A stretch of 49,236 nt of DNA, the filler included, from Streblomastix strix (lineage: Eukaryota), in the NCBI GenBank assembly GCA_008636045.1. It is 2 parts of 2 records of this genome, joined end to end, with 100 filler letters (N's around TTAATTAATTAA, not from the genome) between each part and the next. Parts side by side here need not be neighbours in the genome. Positions count along the whole stretch, not along the records: positions 1 to 24,571 come from SNRW01000227.1; 1 more part is not named here. One strand, 5' to 3'. Position 1 is the stretch's first letter. The number at the start of each line of letters is the position of its first letter. This document shows positions 1 through 12,580 of this stretch, in pieces. The notes under the pieces are model-generated. The model saw nothing but the letters and a program-made list of their open reading frames with translations, did no database searches and was not told where the DNA came from. The translations under genes were made by a program, and so were the position numbers.

Positions 1-3000
1 GAATTTAATGAAAGTTATTAATTGAAATAATAAATTATTTCTCTTATTTCTTTTTAATTGATTAAAATAAAATATAGTAAATTGCATCTTGGACAAGTGT
101 CATAGCACCTTAAAATAATTCTTTATTTTCTAATTAATGTGCAATTGAAATCATTTTCTTATCTAAATCCCATTACTAATTAATTAGATCTTCAATATTT
201 TCTTCTTTGTTCTATTATTTATTATCAATATTTATTAATTTATTATTTTATTATTCAATTTCACTTTTCAGTTTTGAAATCTCATTCATTTTATCTTCTT
301 TTACAAACCATGCAATCAAAGCAAATCCCAATCTATTGACATAAAATTATTATTTCTCATTCTTATACTATATTTCTTCATCTATTACTTCTTAATAATA
401 TAATTTGATAAGATTATCTCTGCTGATATGAGCTTGAATTTATTCTAATTGTATTAATGTTTTAATCTTTTAACGAGTATTTTCATTTCCTCTTTCATAT
501 AATATTGTGATTATTGTTAATATTTCTTTCTTTGTCTTTAATTTGCATTGATTAATAATTGAAATTAATGTTTTAAGAAAATTACTATTCAAAACTTACA
601 AATGATTTTCTTAATTATTCATAAATGAGAATAGAAATTTTAAATTTTAATTATTTTATTTAAATTATTCCAAATTATTTTCAATAAATTCATTCATCCA
701 TGGAATAATTTTGTTCAACAAATTAGAAGGTAATGGTTATCCTCTATACAAATTTATCAATGACATATTTAATACTCGAGTTATAAATTCATTTTTGAAT
801 TTATTATTTATTATTATTTATTCTAATATTTCAAGAGATCCATCTTCTTTCATTTCATTATAAAACTGTTACTGAAAAGTTATTGGTAAAATTATTTAAA
901 AATTATCATTAGGAGAAGCAAAAACATTTCCAGATAATATTATATATTAAATTGATGATGAAATAAATTCAATTAGATTTATCGATGGATGATCAAAAAA
1001 TCGGCAGAGTGATTGTATTATTTTTTGTTTAAAAAGAAATTATTTCATATTTGCAGGTGAGTGATTCATCAAATATTAAAAAGATTAAAAAAGAATTTTT
1101 TTAGAATGTAGAATAGGAATATGATTTAACAGAATCTAAAGTTGGGTTAATAAACCAGAATTTATTATTTCACGTGCTTAATGTATGTTATTAATAGATA
1201 ATTAATTAATTAACAAACAACAACTATTAATTGTCCCAATTGTTATTTATGGAATTAGTTGTTCATTTTATTCTGATTGCAAAATTTCTTAATTAGCTTT
1301 TGTAAGATGAGCTATAATTGATGGAATAAGTTATTCAGTTAAAATATCTTTCTTTTCAACTCTATTGGAGTTGTTAAATCTATTCATAATATTAAATAAT
1401 TTCTGAATCTTTTTAAGTTATTCATTATTAGACCATTTTAATACCATGTCTAAGACTTATTAATTTTGTTATAAATCTAAATCTCCTATCAATTCTAAAA
1501 GATTAAATTCACCTGTTTTACTTTAAATTTCTTTCTCAATTTCAATTCCACCTTTCTGAGCTAATATAAGCAAGAGTTCAAGAGCATAACTTTTTATAAT
1601 TTCAACTTGTGATCTAGTCTGTTCTACAACTACATCAATAAAATTATCTTTTATAATCTCTGGAATGTTATCTATAAATAAAAAAGAATAAATATTTATT
1701 TAATAATAACTATTAATGTTTTTATTTAGCATATATTTATTTCAAATAATTTATTCATACCATCGTTAATTGCTAACCCACATATGACATCAAATGAATT
1801 TTATTATATAAAATCTTAACAATGCTATAATCCTTTTTTAAGTTGATTGAATAAATTTTGTTTTAAATTTTGTTATACAACTTATGCCCTGAGAAATTAC
1901 CCTAGAATAATAAATAGTAATCCATTGTACCATTCTATATCACTTTAATTATATTATTATTCTATCCCATTACTGATAATATAATTTTATTATAATAAGA
2001 ATATTACTCTGTCACGTCTCATTTCTTCAAATAGAGGATGTGGTTATCGTCGATTAATTCTTGTTTCTCCTAAAATTATCATATTTTCTATTGAAGAAAC
2101 TATATTCTATTTCACGAATATATTAGAATGCTCAAGAAGTTAAGATAAAATTTAAACTCCTTAGTTTTATTATAATTCAATTTTAATCTAATTATTAGCA
2201 TTCCTAATCAAATTATTAACTAATATAATATTATATTAAGTAATTGTTGTTACTGGTAGAGAATGAATAAATATCATCAATTCAGACAGGATTCCAACTT
2301 ACAAAATTTCTAATTTTGAAGATGAAAATTGACAGATTATTATATTAAGAATATCACATGAATATTTTGTTAGAAGAAGATCGTTTGCAGAAATTGTTGG
2401 CCATCTACCATTAACTTATTTATATTAATTTCTAAATATGTTAATATTCTTCAACAGATCTCTTATTTATATAATTATCCCTTACTCTCGAAATAAATTA
2501 ATTTTCTTTTTCTTTTCTTCATTTGTCATCGTATTTAAAATAATATTAAATTTCTCGGATACTTACTTCAAATTCAAATCAGGTTATTTGAATGTTATAA
2601 GAACTGATTTAAAAGTTATTGATTAATGAGTCAAAGCTTTATTAAATCCTTCTTGTGTTGAATATAGAACAAAGGCTTATAACGATTCTTTCCCATTCTT
2701 GGGTTCCATCCATAGATATCTGATAAAGGATAAAAATGTTAAATAATAAATAATTAAAAAAGAATTTCAAACTATGTATTACCAAATTATTTTAGTTCTT
2801 CATTAATTTCATTTACTTTTGTATCTGCGGGAATTCCACTGCAAATCAAACAAAATTCTCCATATTTTGAAAATATATCAACGATATCCATTAGGGCATT
2901 CTGATATAAGTTAATAATTTTAATAATTCATATAATATAAATGATTAAATATACCAATGTTTTTTAATTTCCAATAATTTCTCCTTCTATGCGTGGCAAT

Positions 3001-3008
3001 TTCGACAT
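1..3008 (-). CDS. Host multi-exon gene: N-terminal RRM-like domain followed by ARM/HEAT-like helical repeats; 3' end runs off the window
   Basis: ATG at 3008 (MSKLPRIEGEII). GT-AG introns at 2901-2954, about 2720-2772 and about 1672-1760. Table-6 translation gives CSGIPADTKVNEINEELKQFG...AFVLYSTQEGFNKAL (RNP2/RNP1-like), then GVQILSQLLEHSNIFVKQNI and IINSGLLTQL (ARM-like). Confidence 0.7.
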
Positions 3009-3599
3009 CTACACTTAAAAATTTATATTATAAATGAAATAAAAAAATTATTAAACTTTAATAAAAGTTTATTTAATAATATTTAATTGCTCATTCTTAT
3101 GCATTCCTCATTTGAAAATATGGAAATTAATTAATGTGTTTTTTAGTTAGTGCATTTATTACCAGTATATACTACTTTCCTCCATCACTGCACACAATCA
3201 GTATGCCCCATAAATTAAAATAATTGAAAAACAGTTTGGGAAAAAAAACAAATATGAGCTGATTCAAAATAAATATATGAAGTTCGAGTATAATAATACG
3301 GCAAATAATAAATAAATGTTAAATAGCTTACATAAATGCATTTTAAAACTTTCAATCAGCAAAAATTTAAAAAAAAATGTGAATAAAAATTAAAAATCTG
3401 ATGCGATACGTGTGCGGGTGTTCATTATGTAAATTTATGCTGATATAGTTGAAAATATGTTTATAAAATGTAATTTGCATGCAGGAACATATATTATGCA
3501 CACGCACATTTTTCCAGAAATTTGACAACTAAATTTATTATGCAGATGAAACCAAGTTAATTATTATTTGTAAATTTTTTATTTAATAAAAATCAATTA

Positions 3600-3823
3600 A
3601 AAATCTTATTTTACATTTTCAAATCATCTACTCTTGAATCATTTTGATCTTTCTTCTCAAAATCCTTCATCAGTATGTTATTAAGCTCCATTTTGAAGAT
3701 CAAAAAGGAAATCATTTTAACGAGCATTATTTGCAAATAATATATGAATGTAAATCGATTGTTACAGGTGGAATATACTTATAAATCGTTCACCTCGACC
3801 ACTTGAAATTCTTAATGATCAAT
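3600..3823 (-). pseudogene. Possible C-terminal remnant of a hAT-like transposase
   Basis: LRISSGRGERFISIF resembles the SS..ER.FS motif of the hAT dimerisation domain. It is cut off at the repeat starting at 3824. Confidence 0.25.
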
Positions 3824-3945
3824 CAGAGTTCCCTCTAGGTATTTTGGTGGTTACGATTTTGTAACCACCGTTTTAATTTTGACCACACGACCGCAACCAC
3901 CATTTTTTGGTGAGATGCATATGATATTTTTTATGAGAATAAAAG
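3824..3945 (+). repeat. 122-bp hAT element end, copy 1 (isolated)
   Basis: CAGAGTTCCCTCTAGGTATTTTGGTGGTT...AATAAAAG is nearly identical to 10831-10952, which precedes a hAT transposase. Confidence 0.85.
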
Positions 3946-5186
3946 TAAGCCTGTTAAAAGGTGACATTGGTGGCACGGAAAAAATGATCTGGATGTCACC
4001 CTATGTTGCTCATGTCACCTCTTTATAAAATATCATAAAAAAAATTATTTATAACATTATAAATTAATTTTTTTAAATATAATTTTTAATTAAAAATAGT
4101 AAAATATTGTATATATTTAAAACTCAAACGAAAATAATCATATATGTAGTTCGAATTATGATTAAAAAATTATAAATTTGATAAAAACTTTGTTCGTACA
4201 TTGATGTATAGCTAAATTGAAGTGGTTTTATTATATTGACCTATTGCAATTTAAATATAAATAAAAATAAATGCATAATTAACTAAAATAGTATAAAAAT
4301 ATGATTTATAAACTTTAAAATAATAGTTTCAAAAAATTTTTGATTTGATTGTAATTCTATAATTAATATCAGAGTATAACTATATATTCGAATAAACAAA
4401 AATAATAAAGTAGAATAAATAATAAATAATTAAATTAAAATCAGATTGCTTATTATTAAATTTCATTAGAAAATTCTATTATAGCTGAAAATTTATTCAG
4501 TAGCAGAATTCTTAACATGAACCAAATAAATTTCAGTTAATATAGTATTAATAAGAATATAATATTAACTTAAACAATATATATAGGTCCCAGTGAATTG
4601 GATGGGACAAGTGTTTAAGAACAAATCCAAGATTTGGGAATAGAAGCATTCGACAGCCCCTAGTTTAGAATAACAGTTGGTTGAATGACAAATGGAAAAT
4701 GGTTGTTGTCACATAAATTTCTTGTTTGATGTTATAAAAACAAACTGAATGTGGAGCCAGACCTAGGATTACATCGGTGACACGATTTATTGGGGTGACA
4801 TGGGTGACGGGTGATATGTAACCCTTGTCACCCGTTACCCTGATGAAAAGTGAAATGATTATCATACATTAATATATATTTCTTTATTATAATTATATAT
4901 AAACTGTATTATATCATTAATATTTAATATAATATTGCAGATATTGAAAAAAAAATTTCTCTATTTTTTTGAAATTGAAATTTTTTTTAAAATGTTCTAA
5001 TGTAAATGATTTTATAATATTATTTTATAACATTATTTTTATTATTAACCTAAAAATTTGAATATATTGAAAAAATATTTTAAATTTTTTTTATTATTTT
5101 ATTTTAATTTTCAACTATCAAAATGTCACCCTAATGTGACCTTGGTGGTCAATCTCGAAAGGATTTGTAACTTTTTAACAGCCTTA
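3946..5186. mobile_element. Non-autonomous TIR DNA transposon (about 1.24 kb)
   Basis: TAAGCCTGTTAAAAGGTGACA at 3946 matches the reverse complement of 5166-5186 (TAAGGCTGTTAAAAAGTTACA) at 18/21 positions. GGTGAC/GTCACC motifs cluster at 3960-4020, 4775-4840 and 5125-5141. No target-site duplication was found. Confidence 0.7.
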
Positions 5187-5734
5187 GTTATCATATTATA
5201 TTCATGTAACAATTTAATTATGTTAAGTTGGGAATAACTGCATATAAAGTCCTTCATTACATTTATTAACAATTTTTGAATTATTTCATATGAATTATTG
5301 TTAAAATTCGTTTAGAAATGCTAAAATAATAAGGAAAATCTGAATTTTACTGCTCAATTTTCGAGACATTTGAACATCAATCTGATAAAAATTCAATTCA
5401 TTTAATTTTGTATAATTGCTCTGTATACAATAATCACAATACAATTTCGTTTTCATCACGTATATAAGACAAATTTTATATTTTCATTTTTGCAAAGGTT
5501 GCGCTATATTAAAAAATTTTTATTGTTGTTATTCTATTTAGAATAATATTTTCTAATTAAATTATACACAAATAATAAAAGTTTCCTTTATTTTTTCACT
5601 AATTTCACTGCATAATAAATTTAATTTTAAACTGGATTTTATTCACGAAATTGACTAGAAAAATATAAATTTTTATATTAGTTTAATATATTTTTTTGTT
5701 TTTATTTAATTATTATTAAAATTCATTAATAGAT

Positions 5735-7084
5735 ATAATTGCCATTCGCAACAAGTGTAATAACAAATCACTCCGCGATTCGTCACTTATACACGCCTCC
5801 GAAGCAAACTTCAGCCACGCGGACATTCCAGGAGGTGAAGGAGGAGTCTGTACACGTTTTCCGCCTGAGCTTAGTGGATATTTGCACATTGGACACATCA
5901 AAGCAGCGATGCTCAATGAATACTATGCACACAAATTCCATGGAAGACTTTTGTTGAGATTTGACGACACAAACCCTACAAATGAAAAGGGAGAATTTGA
6001 AGAAGCGATTATCTAAGACTTGGAGAGTGTAGGTATTGTAGCTGATAATGTATCACATATGAGTGATTACTTTGACTACTTCATTGAATGTGCAGATGAG
6101 ATGATTAAGATTGGAAAAGCATACGCAGATAATTCAACACAGGAATAGATGAAACGTTAAAGAGAAAATATGATTGAATCTCCAAATAGAAACAATGCAA
6201 TTGAGAAGAACCAAGAAATATGGCAAGAAATGAAATTGGGATCAGAAATAGGGAAATAATATACACTTAGAGTTAAAATTGACATGAAGAGCAAAAATAC
6301 AACACATCGAGATCCAGTTATATTCAGATGCAAATCAGAAGCACACACACGAACTGGCGATAAATACAAAGCATATCCATCATATGACTTTGCATGTCCT
6401 ATAATTAATTCTAAGGAAGCAGTTACTGTGGCTCTTCGCACAATTGAATATCGAGATAGAAATGCTCAATATGCTTTCATGTAAGATGCGTTAAAGATTC
6501 GACCAGTTCCAATATAAGATTTTGCGAGGTTGAATTTTCTGTATACAGAAATGTCTAAACGTAAACTCCAGAAGTTTGTTGATGATGGAATCGCTTCAGG
6601 ATGGAATGATCCTCGTTTCCCAACAATTCAGGGAATAATGCGTAAAGGTATGACAATCCCTGCACTCCGAGCATTTGTACTTGAATAAGGACCCAGTAAG
6701 AATATAACATACCAAGAATGGGATAAGACATGGGCTAAAAATAGGTAAGTGATTGACCCATTAGCACCTCGATACACTGCAATTGAATGTGTAAATGTTG
6801 TTCATGTACTAATTGTAGATGGACCTGAATAACCTGAAATTAAGAAACTGGCCGTGAACAAGAATGATCCTGAACATGGAAATAAAGATGTTGTTTTCTC
6901 AAAAGATATAATAATTGAATAATGTGATGCACATCTGATCAATGATAATGAAGAAGTCACCCTGATGAGTTGGGGAAATATAATTATTGATAAGATTGAG
7001 AGAGATCCAATAAAATAAATTGTTTCACCATTATCAAATGCATCGGCTTTTGAAACAGTTGCATAAATCACACACATTGATGCA
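5735..7084 (+). pseudogene. Cytosolic glutamyl-tRNA synthetase, catalytic domain and part of the anticodon-binding domain; C-terminally truncated, 5' exon not found
   Basis: [15 protein letters not shown] (HIGH motif), [50 protein letters not shown]. The frame has no TGA. A probable splice acceptor AG lies at 5731-5732. Confidence 0.92.
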
Positions 7085-9923
7085 GGCTGGGATTTTGGTA
7101 GCGGAACAGGTGAATAATAAGAAGAATTTTAGGAAGATTTTATAGACGAGCCTTAATAATTAGAGATTACACTACTAAACAAGAAGAATAAGAAATACAA
7201 GCTTAGAAAACGTTAGAGGAGTTAGAAAAATCAGAAAAATATTCAGGCATAAACACAATTTTACTACAATAATTAGGTGTTGGACAATCACCTTGGACCA
7301 TTGTTTAGTTAGATGAACTATCCGGGACCGCCAGGGAGGGCCCCAGACCAGTCAAACACAAAACTGAGATCGAGACAACCCACCAGTAGAAGGCAAAAGA
7401 TAGTTTCTCTAACATAAACAACTCCACAGAGTTAGACTACACCTTACCCGAGCTAGAATTAAAGCTCAATTTTGAATGTTGATCTTATGGGAATAATTTC
7501 AAATCTATTCTCAGATCCGAAAGGAATGTAACATCAATAGATTGCAGGAGAGGCAGCATAGGTTTTTCATGCACCCAGAGAGACATTTTCAGCAAATGGA
7601 AATGTAAGAAGCGTAGCATCTTCTACAGACAGCATAGTCTCGGGCCAAGTAGGGGTTGCTAGAACAAAACCAATAAACAAATAGACAGCACCTTCTACAT
7701 AACTCCAGGGAAATCCTATTCGTGAACTCAAAGTTCAGAAGAAAAGAGGAAAAACACCTGTCAGAGGTAAAGCCAAAAGCACAAATACTTCTGTTGTCGC
7801 AAACTTGAACTAGAATGAAGACTAGCAGCGCAGACAGCCAGGTGTGAGCCCCCGGACGGTTCCAACATATAGAAGTTCAGAATAGAACAAAGGAGGAGAT
7901 TCATACACTAGAAATCTTTCCTAGGACCCTAACGGAGGGAACATTACAACCTCAACCAGACATGGGAATGGGGGGAAAAACAATTCGTTATCTGGAAGCA
8001 TGGAAATTGGTAAAGGGAGTGGAATTCATACAAAAAGGGTTTTTCCTTCTGTTCAAAAGCGAGGATAATGAGAAGAGATTGTTAGAGAGACTGAAAATTT
8101 GTCTATTCTCGGGCTCAAAAGAAGAGAAAATAGTATACACTCGGAAATTAGAGGAAAAATTAAGAGAAAACGTAATAGAAGAGATACATTCAGAGCAGTC
8201 TTAATGGTTTAATCCAACGTTTATAATTCCGAAGCCTTATTAGAAATGTAGGTAAATTCTGAAAGCGAGTGCACTGAACAAAGAAATGCAAACGATTCAT
8301 TTTAAGATGAATGGAACAGATCAAGTGAGAGATTTGATAAGGAAAGGAGACTGCGCGACAAGCTTAGATCTAAAATCTGCTTTTCACCACCTAATAGTAT
8401 ATCCACTATACAGACCATACCTAGCATTTGAAGCAAAGGTGAATGTTTATTAATATAGAGCGATGCCCTTCGGTACGCTGCACTCCCCAATCTTCTTCAC
8501 ACAAGCACTAGCAATGGTCCTAACGAAGATACGGAGAGAGTCAGACATAAGAATTTTAAAATACATAGACGATCTGCTCCTCCTACATTAGATCAAAGAG
8601 AGGTTACGAGAATATACCTTGATAATAATGAAGATTTTAGATGCTTTTGGATGGACAATAGCTTAGGAGAAATGCGAAACAGAATCAAAACAACAGATTA
8701 ACTTCTATGGATGGACTTGGGACTTGGAAAAGATGTATATATAGATGTGAAACCTAAGAAAACAGGAACTACGCTATTAATTAAGAAGATTTATCAGCCT
8801 AACTGAGAAACAAGTCCCAATTAAGATAAAGTACATAACATAAATAATAGACAATTTTAGTGTTTTAAGTGACCAAGTAAAGGAAGCTTCCCCTTACTTA
8901 AATTAATGGACTCAGTAAAAACGAGAGTGTTGACGAATAAAGAATGGAAAGAGAATATGATTCTACCTAAGGAAATCCTTCATGAGCTTTATTGGTGGAA
9001 GGAAGTTGTAGTGAGGAATTAAGACATGACTTTATAAGTGAGAATTCCAAAAGCAGTAATGGTATCAAATGCATCTCCGAAAGGTTGGGATATGACTCTG
9101 AAACTATAGACAGAGGATACTTTAGTCCAACATGGAGAATGGAATAAGGAACAGAAGAGATGGACAAGCAATAAGAAGGAGATGGAAGCCATATTCTTAG
9201 GTCTATTCCGTTACGGATAAGTCTTTAAAGAGCTTCAAATCAAAGCTATCCTCATCAAGTCAAATTGCTCTACCGCAGTATAAGATTTAGCAAAACAAAA
9301 AGCAGGGGAAACTCTAGTAGCAGAAGTGAAGAAAATAGTAAAACTGTGTCAACAACTGAGAATACAAATACAGACTCAACATATTCCCGGAATCTCAAAC
9401 AAGATGGCAGATGCATCAATCAGGCTAAGTACCCAGGCCGATTATTCAGTAAAAAAAGAAGTATTCATATCCCAGTGTCAAGTGTGGGAGATAATTTCAA
9501 CACTGGACTTGTTCGCCACAAGGGAAAACAAACTCATGGATAGATTCGTGGCAATAGGAGAGGAAGAGGAAGGTACAGAATGGTTGAACGCATTTTCTAG
9601 ACCATGGAAGGGGGAAATCTTTTGGATTCACCCACCAATTCCGAAGATTGGAAAAGCCCAAATTGCTTGGGAAAAGTTTAAACCCAAGTCAATCATGACT
9701 GCACCTTGGTGGCCAGGTCAAATTTGGTTCACATCCTTACTAATAGACAGCAGCAGATAACTTATTCTTGGAGAGTGCTCTCTGATTCTGAACCCGGGGA
9801 AGGAGATGATTAAGAGGAAGGACATGTTACCACCAGGAAAAATCGCGGCATTCCTCATGGACCAAGAGTTGATTAAGGAAGGAGGATATTAACAGAATTT
9901 TTAGATAACATTTACATTAAATG
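7085..9923 (+). mobile_element. DIRS-type (tyrosine recombinase) retrotransposon fragment, truncated at both ends
   Basis: Higher GC than the flanks. Domain order RT, RNase H, adenine-methyltransferase-like, with a second long overlapping frame. The sequence stops about where the recombinase core would begin. Confidence 0.88.
7962..9890 (+). pseudogene. DIRS pol: reverse transcriptase, RNase H and N6-adenine methyltransferase-like domain
   Basis: SLDLKSAFHH, YRAMPFG, YIDD (8562-8573), RNase H SNASPKGW and NKKEMEAI, methyltransferase LDLFAT...NAFSRPW...WIHPP. Premature TGA at 8748 and a frameshift near 8890. Confidence 0.9.
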
Positions 9924-10189
9924 ATTATATCAGAAAAAAAAAATACAAATTATCTGCGAAAAAATTGAGTGCCAAAATAGTAAATTATTTAGGGTTATCG
10001 TTTTAATTCTATTATACGCTTTTTTTTCGAATAATGTGATAAATGATGCATATTTTAGTTTGAAAGAAGCAAGTTAGTGTAATACACCATAAAAAACGAG
10101 AAAAATTAAAAAGTACTTTTTTTGCTCCGAACAGTTATTATTATCTTAAGAAACATATTAATTTATTGCCCGTTGTTTACTAAATATGA

Positions 10190-10690
10190 ATCAATAAAAT
10201 TAGATATCTTCTAAAGTGTAAAGAAATGTTAATTCACAAACTTTGAAAGTTCATTTTTATCTTTATCATTATAATTAAGAACTGAAGATGTACAAAATTT
10301 GAATTATTTTGGAGCATCATCTGTGATTAATGTTTTTGAAGATAATGCATTATTACTTCAAATACACATTTCAGAATCATCATTTTTAAGTTCTAAATGC
10401 AATTTAGAAATTTTACCTTCTGAAGAAAGATTGATTTATGTTGGTGGAGCAATATTATATATAGGAAGGAACTTGAATATTAATTTCGAACATTTACGAT
10501 TTGTGGATTGTGACTCTAACGTTACATTAATTGCATCGGATCAAATATCTTTATCATCCAATTCTCAGACTATTTAATAATAATTTTCATAAGTATCATA
10601 AAATTAAACATATCTCACTAATTTTCTTAACTATTCTACAAAAATATCATATTCAATCTCAAGATTATTATATGAATAACAAACTTGAGC
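10190..10690 (+). pseudogene. Fragment of a beta-helix/PMP-like surface protein gene
   Basis: Open table-6 frame with ISESSFLSSKC...YVGGAILY...FEHLRFVDC, stranded between the DIRS fragment and the hAT end. Confidence 0.35.
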
Positions 10691-10830
10691 TAAATACAGA
10701 AAGAGATAATTACAAAGAAATATTATTAATGATTCAAATCGTTATCATTTGAGCTCAAATTCGAAATATCGTATGAGTTAATATAATTAATTGAAACGAA
10801 ATTGAAATAAATATTAGTAATTAATATTTC

Positions 10831-12580
10831 CAGCGTTCCCTCTAGGTATTTCGGTGGTTGAGATTTTGTAACCACCGTATTGATTTTGACCACACGACCG
10901 CAACCACCAGTTTTTGGTGAGATGCATATGATATTTTTTATGATAATAAAAGAGATCCAAATAAATTTTCGCTCGGCCTTTCGGGCCTCGCATGATCAAA
11001 AAATAACTATATAAATCTACAAATTCTTATCATCCAAATCATCCAAATGTAATATTTTTGAAAAAAATTTTTTAATTATTCTTTTTTACAATCATATGAA
11101 TGAAATTTAATAATTAATTAGTGAACTGTTTTTATATATACAATTTTTATTTATTTTATTATAAAAACTCTGTGAACCTCTGAATTTTGCAACAAAAAAT
11201 TCAAATTATCTTTAAAAATAGTTGCATTTATTCATTTGTTTTATAAGTTAATTTATAACATATATTTTATTAATATTTGCAACTGTTTAATTCTTAGATT
11301 TAAAAAAAATATATCTTCATTTTTTTTATTTGTTTATATAGTAAAATAATCTAATTAAATTTTTATTTTATAAATTTTTATTAGATTATTACTGGATCAT
11401 TATGGATAAAGATAAATAGAAGCATGATTAATAAATATAAAATGATAAAAACTAAAATAGGAAAGAAAATAAAAAAGAAAAAAATTAATATAGTATGCAT
11501 TTTACATATAATTATTAGAATTATATATATATTTTATAATAATTCATAAATTTAAAAAAAACTGAATTAAAATTTGAAACACAAAAGATGACAAAGAAAA
11601 TTTATTAATTGTGTAAATAAATCTGAAGAGGCTAGTGATATTGAAGATCAAAGAAAATTGATGCAAAAACCAAGTTAGTTAACATTTTATTTTAATTTAA
11701 AGATAATTTTTTGTTAAATTATAATCAAAATAATTTATTATTTTTGATCTTATTTTGTGCCAACTAAGAGGAACGATCATGAATTAGCCAAAATTCAAGA
11801 AGAATATCCTAATAAATAAATAAAATTGAGTTTAGATGATGACTCATAGGATTCTTTCAAGTTACATTGGTTAAATGAAACAGAATTTCTGGATATAGAA
11901 GGGAATCAAATATTTAGACTTAATGATCCTATTAAAGGGTGTATAAGATGTGTGAAATGTGAAACAGCTTTCGATAGTAGACATTAAACTAATAAAGAGT
12001 ACATATCATTTGATGCGCATCCTATTCATTGATGGTAATTAACTAAGCATTTAGGATCTGGAACTAATTAAGAAGCATTAAGAACAGTAGAGCAGTAAGT
12101 TATCTCCCAATTGACAAGATAAGCGGCATAAGCAAAGGATTCAGCGATTAGATGAGCAGCTGACTAGATAGAGTCAGTATACTTTATAACTAGAAATGAA
12201 ATTACGAATGATAAGTGTAAGTAGTTGTAGGAGCTGATTGCATCTATTACAGACTCTAAATAACTAACGGACTTCGGCCATGTATCCAATTAAAGCTACA
12301 ACTGATTTCATAAAATGCATATTAGATTAAATAACTTCGGAGTTTTTACTCAAGATCAAAAACTTAAAGTTTGGTGCTTGCATAGATGAAAATACAGACG
12401 TCGCAACATTGAATTAGTTCGTAACATTCATTCGTTATCTAGACGAGAATGGACTTCCATAAGTATCTTTTCTTGATGTTCGTCCCATATCCAGTAATGG
12501 AGCTACTGCATAGAATTTAAATGAGACTTTCATTTAAATTATCGTAGATCATGGATTGAATTTAGATAATATTATTGTTT
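10831..12580 (+). mobile_element. hAT DNA transposon, left part (CAG-starting terminus and decayed transposase)
   Basis: The terminus CAGCGTTCCCTCTAGG is shared with 3824, and transposase motifs follow. The right end was not identified. Confidence 0.75.
11580..12580 (+). pseudogene. hAT transposase N-terminal half (Zn finger and first catalytic Asp)
   Basis: CIRCVKC...LTKHLGS, then IDENTDVATLNQFVTFIRYLD...FLDVRPI...ATAQNL (about 12383-12520), matching the hAT/ZNF862-like DE.TD..Q...F.RY motif. Several TGAs and frameshifts. Confidence 0.8.

Noticed and set aside
5735..7084. Calling the synthetase GlnRS, which would be attractive given the Gln recoding
   Set aside because: FACP and ALRTIEY are GluRS-type; GlnRS has SLCTLEF at the equivalent position.
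7085..9923. Ty3/Gypsy LTR element, retron or DGR reverse transcriptase
   Set aside because: There are no LTRs, protease, DDE integrase or template/variable repeat pair. RT, RNase H, methyltransferase and an overlapping frame fit DIRS.
10970..10992. GC hairpin GCTCGGCCTTTCGGGCCTCGC as a terminator or ncRNA
   Set aside because: It is short and lies in a hAT subterminal region, with no supporting context.
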